DNA of 64,000 bases from an uncultured Alphaproteobacteria bacterium (GTDB lineage: Bacteria; Pseudomonadota; Alphaproteobacteria; HIMB59; GCA-002718135): positions 7,928 to 71,927 of the forward strand of contig CACMJS010000003.1 in NCBI GenBank assembly GCA_902614085.1, read 5' to 3'. The first letter of the stretch is position 1. Every line of letters begins with the position of its first letter. The notes under the pieces were generated by a model, which was given only the letters and a program-made list of their open reading frames with translations, did not search any database and had not been told where the DNA came from. Below, one piece after another: positions 39,415 through 48,018 of this stretch. Both the position numbers and the translations under genes were made by a program.

Positions 39415-40353
39415 ATGAGCCATTTATTTTATAAACCTGCTAAATCTAGATTGCACAGAAGTGAATTGGCTGTTCCAGGCTCTAATCCAAAGATGTTTGA
39501 AAAGGCATTAAAATCAAATGCTGATTATATTTTTTTAGATTTAGAAGATGCAGTATCCCCAAATGATAAAATTGATGCAAGAAAAAATGTTATTAATGCA
39601 ATAAAAGAATATAATTGGAGAGAAGAAGGTAAAACAATCTCTATAAGAATTAACGGCTTGGATACACATTATATGTATCGTGATGTGATTGAAATTATAG
39701 AAGAGGTCGGTGATAAGATTGATACATTATTAATTCCAAAAGTAGGCTCATCATCAGATGTGTATATGGTTGATTGTATGCTTAATCAAATTGAACAAAA
39801 TAAAAAATTTGAAAATAGAATAGGTTTAGAATGTTTAATTGAAACAGCACTAGGAATGTCTAATATCCAATTAATCGCAACATCAAGCTCAAGACTAGAA
39901 GCATTACACTTTGGAGTTGCCGATTATGCAGCAAGTATGCGAGCAAGAACGGTTGTCATAGGAGGTTTAAATCCTGATTATCCAGGTGATCAATGGCATC
40001 ATGGTTTATCAACTTTAGTAATGACCTGTAGATCATATGGCTTAAGAGCAATAGATGGGCCTTTTGGTGATTTTAATGACAAAGAAGGATATCTTGATGC
40101 AGCAAAAAGAGCTGCGGCAATTGGTTTTGAGGGTAAATGGGCAATACATCCATCGCAAATAGATTTAGCTAATGAAGTTTTTTCTCCACCCAAAGAAGAA
40201 ATAGATAAAGCAAAAAGAATATTATTAGAATTAGAAAAAGCAGCTTCTGAAGGAAAGGGTGCTGCTCAGCTTGATGGAAGAATGATCGATGCAGCATCTG
40301 CAAGAATGGCTGAAAATATTGTAAATATAAATAAATTAATAGAAAGTAAGTAA
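39415..40353 (+). CDS. mcl: Malyl-CoA lyase (Methylobacterium Mcl type)
   Basis: RLHRSELAVPGSNP, FLDLEDAV, RINGLDTHYMYRDV, FGVADYAAS, DGPFGDF, GKWAIHPSQ; followed by mtkAB. Confidence 0.88.
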   Translation: MSHLFYKPAKSRLHRSELAVPGSNPKMFEKALKSNADYIFLDLEDAVSPNDKIDARKNVINAIKEYNWREEGKTISIRINGLDTHYMYRDVIEIIEEVGDKIDTLLIPKVGSSSDVYMVDCMLNQIEQNKKFENRIGLECLIETALGMSNIQLIATSSSRLEALHFGVADYAASMRARTVVIGGLNPDYPGDQWHHGLSTLVMTCRSYGLRAIDGPFGDFNDKEGYLDAAKRAAAIGFEGKWAIHPSQIDLANEVFSPPKEEIDKAKRILLELEKAASEGKGAAQLDGRMIDAASARMAENIVNINKLIESK

Positions 40354-41513
40354 TGGACATCCACGAATATCAAGCAAAAAAAATATTATCTGATTTTGGT
40401 GTCAAAATTCCCACAGGTGGCATTGTTTATAGTCCGGAAAATGCAGAAAATAAAGCTAGAGAAATTGGCGGTTCAAAATGGGTTGTGAAAGCACAGATTC
40501 ATTCTGGAGCAAGAGGTAAAGCTGGAGGGATAATTATTTGCAATTCTCCTCATGAAGTTGCTTTAGCAACTGAAAAACTTCTTGGAAAAAAATTAGTGAC
40601 AAATCAAACTGGTGAAGAGGGAAAAATTGTAAATAGAATTTATATTGAAGAAGCAACAGATATTAAACATGAATTATATTTAGGATTGGTTTTTGATAGG
40701 CCTTCAGAGAGTATTATGGTTGTTGCTTCAACTGAAGGTGGAATGAGTGTAGAAGAAATTTCTAAGGATAAACCAGAAAGTATAATGAGATTAAAAATTG
40801 ATGTTGCAGTAGGTATGAGAAAATTTCAAGCCAGAGAATTAGCTTTTGGTCTTGGAATAGAAACTGAATTAATTTCAAAAGCTACTGATACAATTCGAGG
40901 TTGTTATAGAGCTTTCACTGATCTTGATGCAACAATGGTCGAGGTAAATCCTCTTGTAATTTCTAAACAAAATGAAATTTTGGCTTTAGATTGTAAAATG
41001 AGTTTTGATAATAATGCTTTATTCAGAATGAATAATATTGCTGAACTTCGTGATAAAAGTCAGGAAAATCCTAATGAAGTTTATGCTTCAGATAGAGGAA
41101 TGAATTACGTCAGTCTAAATGGAAATATTGGAAATATTATTAATGGAGCAGGCCTAGCTATGGCTTCAATGGACATGATAAAGCTAGCGGGTGGTGAACC
41201 TGCAAACTTTTTAGATGTTGGGGGAGGTGCAACTCCTGAGAAAATAGTTAAAGCTTTTAAATTAATTTCTATGGATACAAAAGTTAAGGTAATTTTAGTT
41301 AATATTTTTGCAGGGATTAACAGATGTGATTGGGTTGCAGAAGGAATTGTTCAAGCTTTATCAAAAATTGAAATTAAACATCCTTTAGTTATACGTTTAG
41401 CTGGAACTAACGTTGAAAAGGGAAATGAAATACTTAAAAAAAGCAATATTAATTACATTGAAGCATCAACTTTAGAAGATGCAGCAAATAAAGCAGTAAA
41501 GGCTCTTGGATAA
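40353..41513 (+). CDS. mtkA: Malate--CoA ligase (malate thiokinase) beta subunit
   Basis: SucC fold with Mtk-type variants GARGKAGG and IFAGINRCDWVAEG rather than GGRGKAGG / IFGGIVRCD. Confidence 0.82.
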   Translation: MDIHEYQAKKILSDFGVKIPTGGIVYSPENAENKAREIGGSKWVVKAQIHSGARGKAGGIIICNSPHEVALATEKLLGKKLVTNQTGEEGKIVNRIYIEEATDIKHELYLGLVFDRPSESIMVVASTEGGMSVEEISKDKPESIMRLKIDVAVGMRKFQARELAFGLGIETELISKATDTIRGCYRAFTDLDATMVEVNPLVISKQNEILALDCKMSFDNNALFRMNNIAELRDKSQENPNEVYASDRGMNYVSLNGNIGNIINGAGLAMASMDMIKLAGGEPANFLDVGGGATPEKIVKAFKLISMDTKVKVILVNIFAGINRCDWVAEGIVQALSKIEIKHPLVIRLAGTNVEKGNEILKKSNINYIEASTLEDAANKAVKALG

Positions 41514-41515
41514 TA

Positions 41516-42412
41516 ATGTCTATAATCATTCATAAAAATACAAAGATTTTAGTTCAAGGCTTTACTGGAAAAATTGGGAGTTTTCATGCTGAAGAAATGA
41601 TTAAGTATGGTTCAAATGTTGTTGGTGGGGTAACGCCTGGTAAAGGTGGTATCACTCATTTAAATCTTCCTGTTTTTAACACTGTCAAAGAAGCTGTTGA
41701 TCAAACAGGAGCATCAACATCAATATTATTTGTCCCTCCAGCATTTGCAGCAGACTCAGTTATGGAAGCTGCTGATGCAGGTATTAAAACGTGTGTGGCT
41801 ATTACTGACGGTATTCCTTCTCATGATATGGTTAAAATTAAAAGATTTATGAGAAGATATCCAAAAGATAAAAAAATGGGATTAGTAGGTCCTAATTGTG
41901 CAGGAATAATTAGTCCTGGTAAATCTATGTTAGGTATTATGCCTGGTCATATTTACAAAGAAGGTAAAATAGGAATAGTTAGTAGATCTGGCACTTTGGG
42001 ATATGAAGCTGCACAACAACTTAAAGATTTGGAAATTGGTGTTTCAACAAGTGTAGGTATAGGAGGCGATCCAATAAATGGAAGTTCTTTTAGTGATATA
42101 ATTGAAAAGTTTGAAAATGATGATGAAACTATTGCAGTTTTAATGATAGGTGAAATAGGAGGTCCACAAGAAGTTGAAGCTGGACAATTTGCTAAAGAAA
42201 ATATGAGTAAACCAGTAATTGCGTATATAGCAGGACTAACTGCACCAAAAGGTCGTGTAATGGGGCATGCTGGCGCAATTGTTTCTGCTTATGGTGAAAG
42301 TGCAATAGAAAAAGTAGAACTTCTTAAAGAGTGTGGAGTTACAATTTCCAAAAACCCTTCTGTAATGGGTGAAACTGTTAAAAAAGTATTAGTAGAAAAT
42401 AATTTGAATTAA
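41516..42412 (+). CDS. mtkB: Malate--CoA ligase alpha subunit (SucD-like)
   Basis: VGGVTPGKGG, KRFMRRYP, GPNCAGIISPGKSMLGIMPGHIY, SRSGTLGYE, GLTAPKGRVMGHAGA (phospho-His). Confidence 0.82.
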   Translation: MSIIIHKNTKILVQGFTGKIGSFHAEEMIKYGSNVVGGVTPGKGGITHLNLPVFNTVKEAVDQTGASTSILFVPPAFAADSVMEAADAGIKTCVAITDGIPSHDMVKIKRFMRRYPKDKKMGLVGPNCAGIISPGKSMLGIMPGHIYKEGKIGIVSRSGTLGYEAAQQLKDLEIGVSTSVGIGGDPINGSSFSDIIEKFENDDETIAVLMIGEIGGPQEVEAGQFAKENMSKPVIAYIAGLTAPKGRVMGHAGAIVSAYGESAIEKVELLKECGVTISKNPSVMGETVKKVLVENNLN

Positions 42413-42427
42413 TATAATTAAAAAATA

Positions 42428-42565
42428 ATGAAATTTTTATATAAAAATGAATTCTGGATGTTAATATTTTCTCTAGGTGTTCTTTATTGGTTATTTAATC
42501 CATCAGTCTTAACAACCTTAGTTATGATTGTGCCATTGCTATTGGCTGTTTCTTCCCGTAAATAA
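42428..42565 (+). CDS. Small 45-aa membrane protein, missing from the ORF track
   Basis: ATG to TAA, MKFLYKNEFWMLIFSLGVLYWLFNPSVLTTLVMIVPLLLAVSSRK; two short hydrophobic segments; fills the mtkB-phosphatase gap. Confidence 0.55.
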   Translation: MKFLYKNEFWMLIFSLGVLYWLFNPSVLTTLVMIVPLLLAVSSRK

Positions 42566-42620
42566 AGCTAAGTTTTATACTTACTGATGCATGAACGTTT
42601 ATCGTGTTTATAGTTAAAAA

Positions 42621-43184
42621 ATGAAATTATATCTTATTAGACATGCAGAGTCAGAAGCTAATGCAGCATCAGATTTAGATAATCCAACTTATTATTATGA
42701 TGCAAGAATTACTCAAAGAGGAGTTGAGCAAGCAAAAAAATTAAATAACAGAATTAAAAATATCAAATTTGATAATTATTTTTGCTCCCCCTTAACAAGA
42801 ACATTGGAAACATTCTCTATTGTTTTTCCATCTAATAAACCTGTAATTGAACCATTAATAAGAGAACATTTGTACCACTCATGTGATGTAGGAAGACAAC
42901 CAAAAAAATTAAAAAAAGAATTTAATGATTTTGATTTTAATAATTTAAATGATTTTTGGTGGAATAATAATAAACCTATTAATGAAAAAAAAATTATACA
43001 AGAGTCTCACAATGATATTAAAATTAGATTAAGGTCTTTTCTACTATCTATCAAAAACCTTAATTTACAAAAAATTGTATTAGTCAGTCATGGTACATTC
43101 TTAAGTCAAATAACTGAATATATGCTGGATAACTGTGAGGTATATGATTGTGAGTACAACGAGGTATACGAAAAATTTTTTTAA
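42621..43184 (+). CDS. Histidine phosphatase (phosphoglycerate mutase-like) family protein
   Basis: LIRHAES, LT..G..QA, SPLTR, RE, VSHG. Confidence 0.88.
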   Translation: MKLYLIRHAESEANAASDLDNPTYYYDARITQRGVEQAKKLNNRIKNIKFDNYFCSPLTRTLETFSIVFPSNKPVIEPLIREHLYHSCDVGRQPKKLKKEFNDFDFNNLNDFWWNNNKPINEKKIIQESHNDIKIRLRSFLLSIKNLNLQKIVLVSHGTFLSQITEYMLDNCEVYDCEYNEVYEKFF

Positions 43185-43207
43185 TTTAATTCTTGATAAA
43201 TAAAAAT

Positions 43208-43975
43208 CTAAAACATCTCATTTATTATTTTATTTAATTTTTGTGTTACTCTATCAATTATTTTTTTTCCTATCTGTGCATTGGATTTTCTAGGATCTCC
43301 AATAATTCCACTTTTACTTAATTCTTTAGTTACCCAAGCTTTCTTAATATTTTTCTCATAAGAAATGGTTTTAGTTGATAAATAATCGGAAGATAATCTA
43401 TGTTTAGAAATTTTAGATTGCCTAACTAGGTTTGGAAATAAATACAACATAATAGATGTTTCAAATTCTCCGCCGTGATAACCAAAGTCTTTTTCTTTAC
43501 TTGATATGATTCCTTTAAATTGATCAAATAAAAAATATGTGCCTTTTACTATGTTTATCTTAAATTCTGATTTCAATTCTTTAGCAATAATATCTATATG
43601 ACTAATTTGTCCACCATGACTATTTAAAAGTAATATATTTTTAAATTTCAATTTACATACATTTTCTAAAATTGACAAAGAGTGGGATATAAATTCCAAT
43701 GAATCTATACTTATTGTTCCATCAAAATCTGTATGTTCAGCAGCTGAACCAAAATATATTTCAGGCATAATTAAATATTTATTTGAATTATATTTTTTAT
43801 TGAATTCTAATAATATTCCTTCAAGAATTTTTTTATCAGTATTTAATGGAAGATGCGGACCGTGTTGTTCTATTGATGAGAATGGGAAAATTAAAACTGT
43901 TTTTCTATTTATTTTTTTAATTTCATTTGTTGTTAATTCTTCCCAAAAGTTTGTTAGCATTTTTTTATTATACAT
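43208..43975 (-). CDS. Creatininase/ArfB-family amidohydrolase
   Basis: EQHGPHLPLNTD, SAAEH..F.GTIS, NSHGG, HGGEFETS, GIIGDP. Start may be ATG 43960. Confidence 0.9.
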   Translation of the reverse strand: MYNKKMLTNFWEELTTNEIKKINRKTVLIFPFSSIEQHGPHLPLNTDKKILEGILLEFNKKYNSNKYLIMPEIYFGSAAEHTDFDGTISIDSLEFISHSLSILENVCKLKFKNILLLNSHGGQISHIDIIAKELKSEFKINIVKGTYFLFDQFKGIISSKEKDFGYHGGEFETSIMLYLFPNLVRQSKISKHRLSSDYLSTKTISYEKNIKKAWVTKELSKSGIIGDPRKSNAQIGKKIIDRVTQKLNKIINEMF

Positions 43976-43988
43976 TTATAAGTAAATT

Positions 43989-44948
43989 ATGAAATCTTAT
44001 TCTTTATGGATTGATAAAAAAAAACAAGCTAAAATTTATCAAAAAAAACTTGTTTACAATAAAAATAACAAAACAGTTTTAGTTAAAACTATTTACTCAG
44101 GTATTAGCAAGGGAACTGAAAAATTAGTTTCATCTAAAAGCGTAAGTAAGGATCAATTTGAATTAATGAAAGCCCCTTTTCAAGAGGGTTCTTTTAATTT
44201 ACCTATAAAATACGGTTATATAAATGTTGGGAATATTATCGATGGTCCAAGGAAATATATAAATAAAAAAATATTTAGTTTTTACCCTCATCAGGATTTA
44301 TATGAAATTTCTATTCAAAATTTAATTTTTTTACCAAAAGGAAATTTGAGAAAATATGTTCTAACTGCAAATATGGAAACAGCAATTAATATCTTTTGGG
44401 ACGCTCAATCTAAAAGTAATAACAAAATTCTAATTGTAGGACTTGGCTCTGTAGGATTATTAACTGCATTTTTTTTTAAAATTAATGGATATAAAAATGT
44501 TTATGTTTTTGATAATAATAAAAATAAAAGAAAAATTGCCAACTATTTAGGATTAAATTTTATTGATATAAGAAAGATTGAGAAAATAGATGTAGCAATA
44601 AACACTACAGCTAATTATAAAGTTTTAAATTCTTTAATGGAAAAATTATCTATCGAAGGAAAAATAGTAGAAGCTAGTTGGTATGGTAAAAATAAAGGAG
44701 AAGTTGCCTTGGGTGGGTATTTTCATTCTAAAAGATTAAAAATTATTAGCTCACAGGTATCTAAAATACCAAAATACATGAAAAATAAATATGATTTTGA
44801 GGGGAGATTAAAATTAGCAATTAAATCTTTAAAAAATTCACGATTAGAAAAATTAATTACTAGTGAAAGTAATTTTTTTGATTTAGAAAAAGATTACTAT
44901 AAAATCCTTAAAAATAAGGATACAATAATGCATCTAGTTAAATATTAA
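43989..44948 (+). CDS. MDR-superfamily NAD(P)-dependent dehydrogenase of the PTPS-IV cluster
   Basis: VKTIYSGISKGTE, PIKYGY, HQD, ANMETAIN, VGLGSVG, EASWYG, FHSKRLKIISSQV. Confidence 0.82.
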   Translation: MKSYSLWIDKKKQAKIYQKKLVYNKNNKTVLVKTIYSGISKGTEKLVSSKSVSKDQFELMKAPFQEGSFNLPIKYGYINVGNIIDGPRKYINKKIFSFYPHQDLYEISIQNLIFLPKGNLRKYVLTANMETAINIFWDAQSKSNNKILIVGLGSVGLLTAFFFKINGYKNVYVFDNNKNKRKIANYLGLNFIDIRKIEKIDVAINTTANYKVLNSLMEKLSIEGKIVEASWYGKNKGEVALGGYFHSKRLKIISSQVSKIPKYMKNKYDFEGRLKLAIKSLKNSRLEKLITSESNFFDLEKDYYKILKNKDTIMHLVKY

Positions 44949-44950
44949 TT

Positions 44951-45349
44951 ATGTATTCGATAAAAGTAAGAGAAAATATTCTAATAGCTCATTCTTTACC
45001 TGGAGAAGTATTTGGGCCAGCCCAAAATATGCATGGAGCTACATATTTAGTTGATGCAGAATTTTTCACTGATAAACTTAATAATTACAATATAATTATG
45101 GATTTAGGAATAGTTTCCAAAACTTTAAAAGATATTCTTAAAATATATAATTATCAAAATTTAGATGAAATTGATGAATTTAAAGGAAAAATTACCTCAA
45201 CAGAGTTTTTAGCAGAAGATATTTGTAATAAGATCTTAAATAGACTAAGAAACGAATTTTCTGAAGATTACAAATCTTTAAAAAAAATTAAAATAACCTT
45301 GCAAGAATCAAATGTTGCATGGGCATCATATGAAAAAGAGGTTGTCTAA
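44951..45349 (+). CDS. 6-pyruvoyl-tetrahydropterin synthase-like protein, PTPS-IV subtype (COG0720)
   Basis: IAHSLPGEVFGPAQNMHGATY, NLD, STEFLA, ESNVAWASY; lacks the CxxxHGH motif of QueD. Confidence 0.85.
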   Translation: MYSIKVRENILIAHSLPGEVFGPAQNMHGATYLVDAEFFTDKLNNYNIIMDLGIVSKTLKDILKIYNYQNLDEIDEFKGKITSTEFLAEDICNKILNRLRNEFSEDYKSLKKIKITLQESNVAWASYEKEVV

Positions 45350-46376
45350 AAATAAATCTGATATTTATTTTGTTTATCCAGGAAATATTAATGCAAAAAC
45401 TGGAGGATACATTTATGAAAAAAATATCCTAGAATATGCAAAGATAAGAGATATAAATATTAGACCAATTGCTCTAAGTGAAAATTATCCTTTTCCTACA
45501 AATAACGATATAAAATACTTTCTAAAAATTTTAGATAAAATTGATCCTGACTCAAAAATTATTATAGATGGATTAGCTTTAGAGGGAATGTATTCAATTT
45601 TTAAAAAAATACTTACTTATAATATTATCGCACTAATACATCATCCTTTATATCTTGAATTTAAAGGTCAAAGGTCAAAAAAATTCTTAAGATTAGAAAA
45701 AGAAAATTTCAAAAAAATAAATAAATTTATTGTGACTTCTAAAAATACAAAAAATTTATTAATAAATGAATTTAAGGTGCTAAATAATAAAATATCTGTA
45801 GTTGAACCTGGTATAGAAAGACTATCAAAATATAATTTTAAAAATAATAGTAAAATTCATCTTTTAACATGTGGAAGTATAATAAATAGAAAAAATTATC
45901 TTTTTTTATTAAAAGTTTTAAAGCCTTTAGATAATTTTATTTTAGAAATTGTTGGTGATACTACAAGAGATATAAGTTATTACAAAAAACTCAAAAAATT
46001 TATTTCTAAAAATTCAATGAACAGAAAAATAATATTCCATGGTGTTATTTCAGATACAAAATTAGCTAAACTATATTCTAAAACAGATTGTTACATTTCT
46101 GTAAGTAAATATGAAGGTTTTGGTATGTCTTTAGCTAATGCATTAATAATTAAAAAGCCAATTGTAACTTTTTTTACTAATACTATCTTAAATACATTAG
46201 GAAAAAAGGGTATTATTTATTTTAAAAAATTTGAAGTAAATGATCTTAGAAATATAATTATTAAAAATATATTAAATAAGAAAAATTTTAAAAAACTAAA
46301 TATAAATATTCATAAAAATAAAAGATATCTTCTTACTCCTCAAGAGTCAGCAAAGAAATTTGTTAAATTAATTTAA
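45330..46376 (+). CDS. Glycosyltransferase family 4
   Basis: TGGYIYE, DGLA, HHPL, EPG, RKNY, YEGFGMSL. Start uncertain (45312, 45330 or 45342). Confidence 0.85.
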   Translation: MKKRLSKNKSDIYFVYPGNINAKTGGYIYEKNILEYAKIRDINIRPIALSENYPFPTNNDIKYFLKILDKIDPDSKIIIDGLALEGMYSIFKKILTYNIIALIHHPLYLEFKGQRSKKFLRLEKENFKKINKFIVTSKNTKNLLINEFKVLNNKISVVEPGIERLSKYNFKNNSKIHLLTCGSIINRKNYLFLLKVLKPLDNFILEIVGDTTRDISYYKKLKKFISKNSMNRKIIFHGVISDTKLAKLYSKTDCYISVSKYEGFGMSLANALIIKKPIVTFFTNTILNTLGKKGIIYFKKFEVNDLRNIIIKNILNKKNFKKLNINIHKNKRYLLTPQESAKKFVKLI

Positions 46377-46377
46377 T

Positions 46378-47166
46378 ATGCATGAATTTCAAAATAAATG
46401 GTTAAATCTTAGAGAAACTGTCGATAGAAATTCAAGAAACATAAGAATACTATATTTAATTAATAAATTTTTTAAAAATAAAAAAAATATTAGAATAATT
46501 GATTTAGGTTCAGGTGCTGGATCTAATTATAGATTTCTTAAGTCGCGATTATTAAATATTCAATATTGGTCTTTTGTAGACATATCACATCAATCAACAA
46601 ATTATTTTAAAAAAAATATAAAATTATCATCTAAAATAAAAAAAACTAATTTTAAAATTGTTGATGTAATTAATAGTCTAGAAAAAATAAATTTTAATGA
46701 TTATGATTTAGTTACTGGATCTGCTTTTTTAGATATTCTTCCAAAAACATGGTTTAAAAATTTTCATAAATTAAATCTTGATACAGAAATTGTCTACTTT
46801 GCATTAAATTATAACGGTAATTTTAAATTTTTTCCAAAACACAAGGATGATAAAAAAATTCTTAATTTTTTTAATAAAGATCAAAAATCTGACAAAGGAG
46901 TAGGGGAAGTGGCCGTTGGACCAGATTGTACTGAATTAATAAATAATGTATTTGAAAGAACCCACAAAACATATGTTTTAGACTCTACATGGAATGTTAG
47001 TAAAAATTATGAATTTCAAATTTATTTCTTAAATTTTTGTAGAGAAATTATTCAAAAAAATAAACTTAACTTAGATGATTGGTTAAAATTTCGTTTAAAA
47101 TGTATTAAAGAAAAAAATTCCAGATTTATTTTAAATAATACAGATTTTTTAGCTATTAAGAAATAA
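46378..47166 (+). CDS. Class I SAM-dependent methyltransferase-like protein
   Basis: WLNLRETVD, motif I IIDLGSGAGSN, WSFVD, VTGSAFLD, ALNYNG. Confidence 0.8.
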   Translation: MHEFQNKWLNLRETVDRNSRNIRILYLINKFFKNKKNIRIIDLGSGAGSNYRFLKSRLLNIQYWSFVDISHQSTNYFKKNIKLSSKIKKTNFKIVDVINSLEKINFNDYDLVTGSAFLDILPKTWFKNFHKLNLDTEIVYFALNYNGNFKFFPKHKDDKKILNFFNKDQKSDKGVGEVAVGPDCTELINNVFERTHKTYVLDSTWNVSKNYEFQIYFLNFCREIIQKNKLNLDDWLKFRLKCIKEKNSRFILNNTDFLAIKK

Positions 47167-47982
47167 ATTAACTATAATTTCATTTTCTAATTCATTAAAA
47201 TTATGTTTCGGTCTCATAGCTTTATTGAGATTTGAGATTTCTTTTAAATTTAATGAATTAATTCCGGAACCTATTAATATTGGTGCAATCATAAATTGAA
47301 GAATATCAATATATTTATTATTTATGAATTCTGAAATAGTTTTTGATCCTCCCTCTACTAAAATATTTTTATAATTAAGTTTTTTTATTTGCGTAATTAA
47401 GTTTTTAGTAAAATTTTTTTCTTTTAATCTTATTATTATGGAATTATTCAATCTAATTTTTTTATTACTTTTTGTAAAAACTATATTTTCATTACCATCA
47501 TTAAATATTTTATATTTATTATTTAACGAAAGACTGCCATCAATAATAATTCTTTTTGGATTTGTGCCCTTTATTTTTCTTGTTGTTAATAGGGGATCGT
47601 CTTTTTTAATAGTATTTGAACCTACAATAATTGCATCACTGATACTTCGTAAACAATGTAGATAAATAATACTCTTGGGATTATTTATGTAATGTGAATT
47701 ACCATTATTTAATGCAATTCTACCATCAATACTTTGTCCTATCTGAGCTATAACTAATTTTTTGTTTTTTCTTAATATCGGCATCAGGATATTTAAGATT
47801 GATTGATAAAATTTACTAATATTAATTTTAGATACCAGATTTTTATTTTTTATGTAAAAGTTACTTTTTGTTTTTGATGTTAAAGAAATACTATTTTTTT
47901 TAACCAATAAATATAAATCATTATTCTTTTTAGAATTTTTTATGAAATCTAATAAAATTCCTATATTTTTTGATGTTATCAT
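47149..47982 (-). CDS. RibD C-terminal reductase-domain protein (no deaminase domain)
   Basis: AQIGQSIDGRIA, HCLRSISDAIIVG, DDPLLT, LVEGG, APILIGSG. Confidence 0.9.
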   Translation of the reverse strand: MITSKNIGILLDFIKNSKKNNDLYLLVKKNSISLTSKTKSNFYIKNKNLVSKINISKFYQSILNILMPILRKNKKLVIAQIGQSIDGRIALNNGNSHYINNPKSIIYLHCLRSISDAIIVGSNTIKKDDPLLTTRKIKGTNPKRIIIDGSLSLNNKYKIFNDGNENIVFTKSNKKIRLNNSIIIRLKEKNFTKNLITQIKKLNYKNILVEGGSKTISEFINNKYIDILQFMIAPILIGSGINSLNLKEISNLNKAMRPKHNFNELENEIIVNLFLNS

Positions 47983-48018
47983 TTGTTTTTATTATTATTA
48001 TATCTATATAAAGTTTTC

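Noticed and set aside
40353-42412. Plain sucCD annotation
   Set aside because: Mtk-type motif variants, linkage to mcl and absence of sucAB/mdh neighbours favour malate thiokinase, though succinate activity is not excluded.
44951-45349. queD (queuosine) or 7-deazaguanine DNA-modification system
   Set aside because: Lacks the QueD CxxxHGH motif, and no folE, queE, queC, tgt or dpd genes are nearby.
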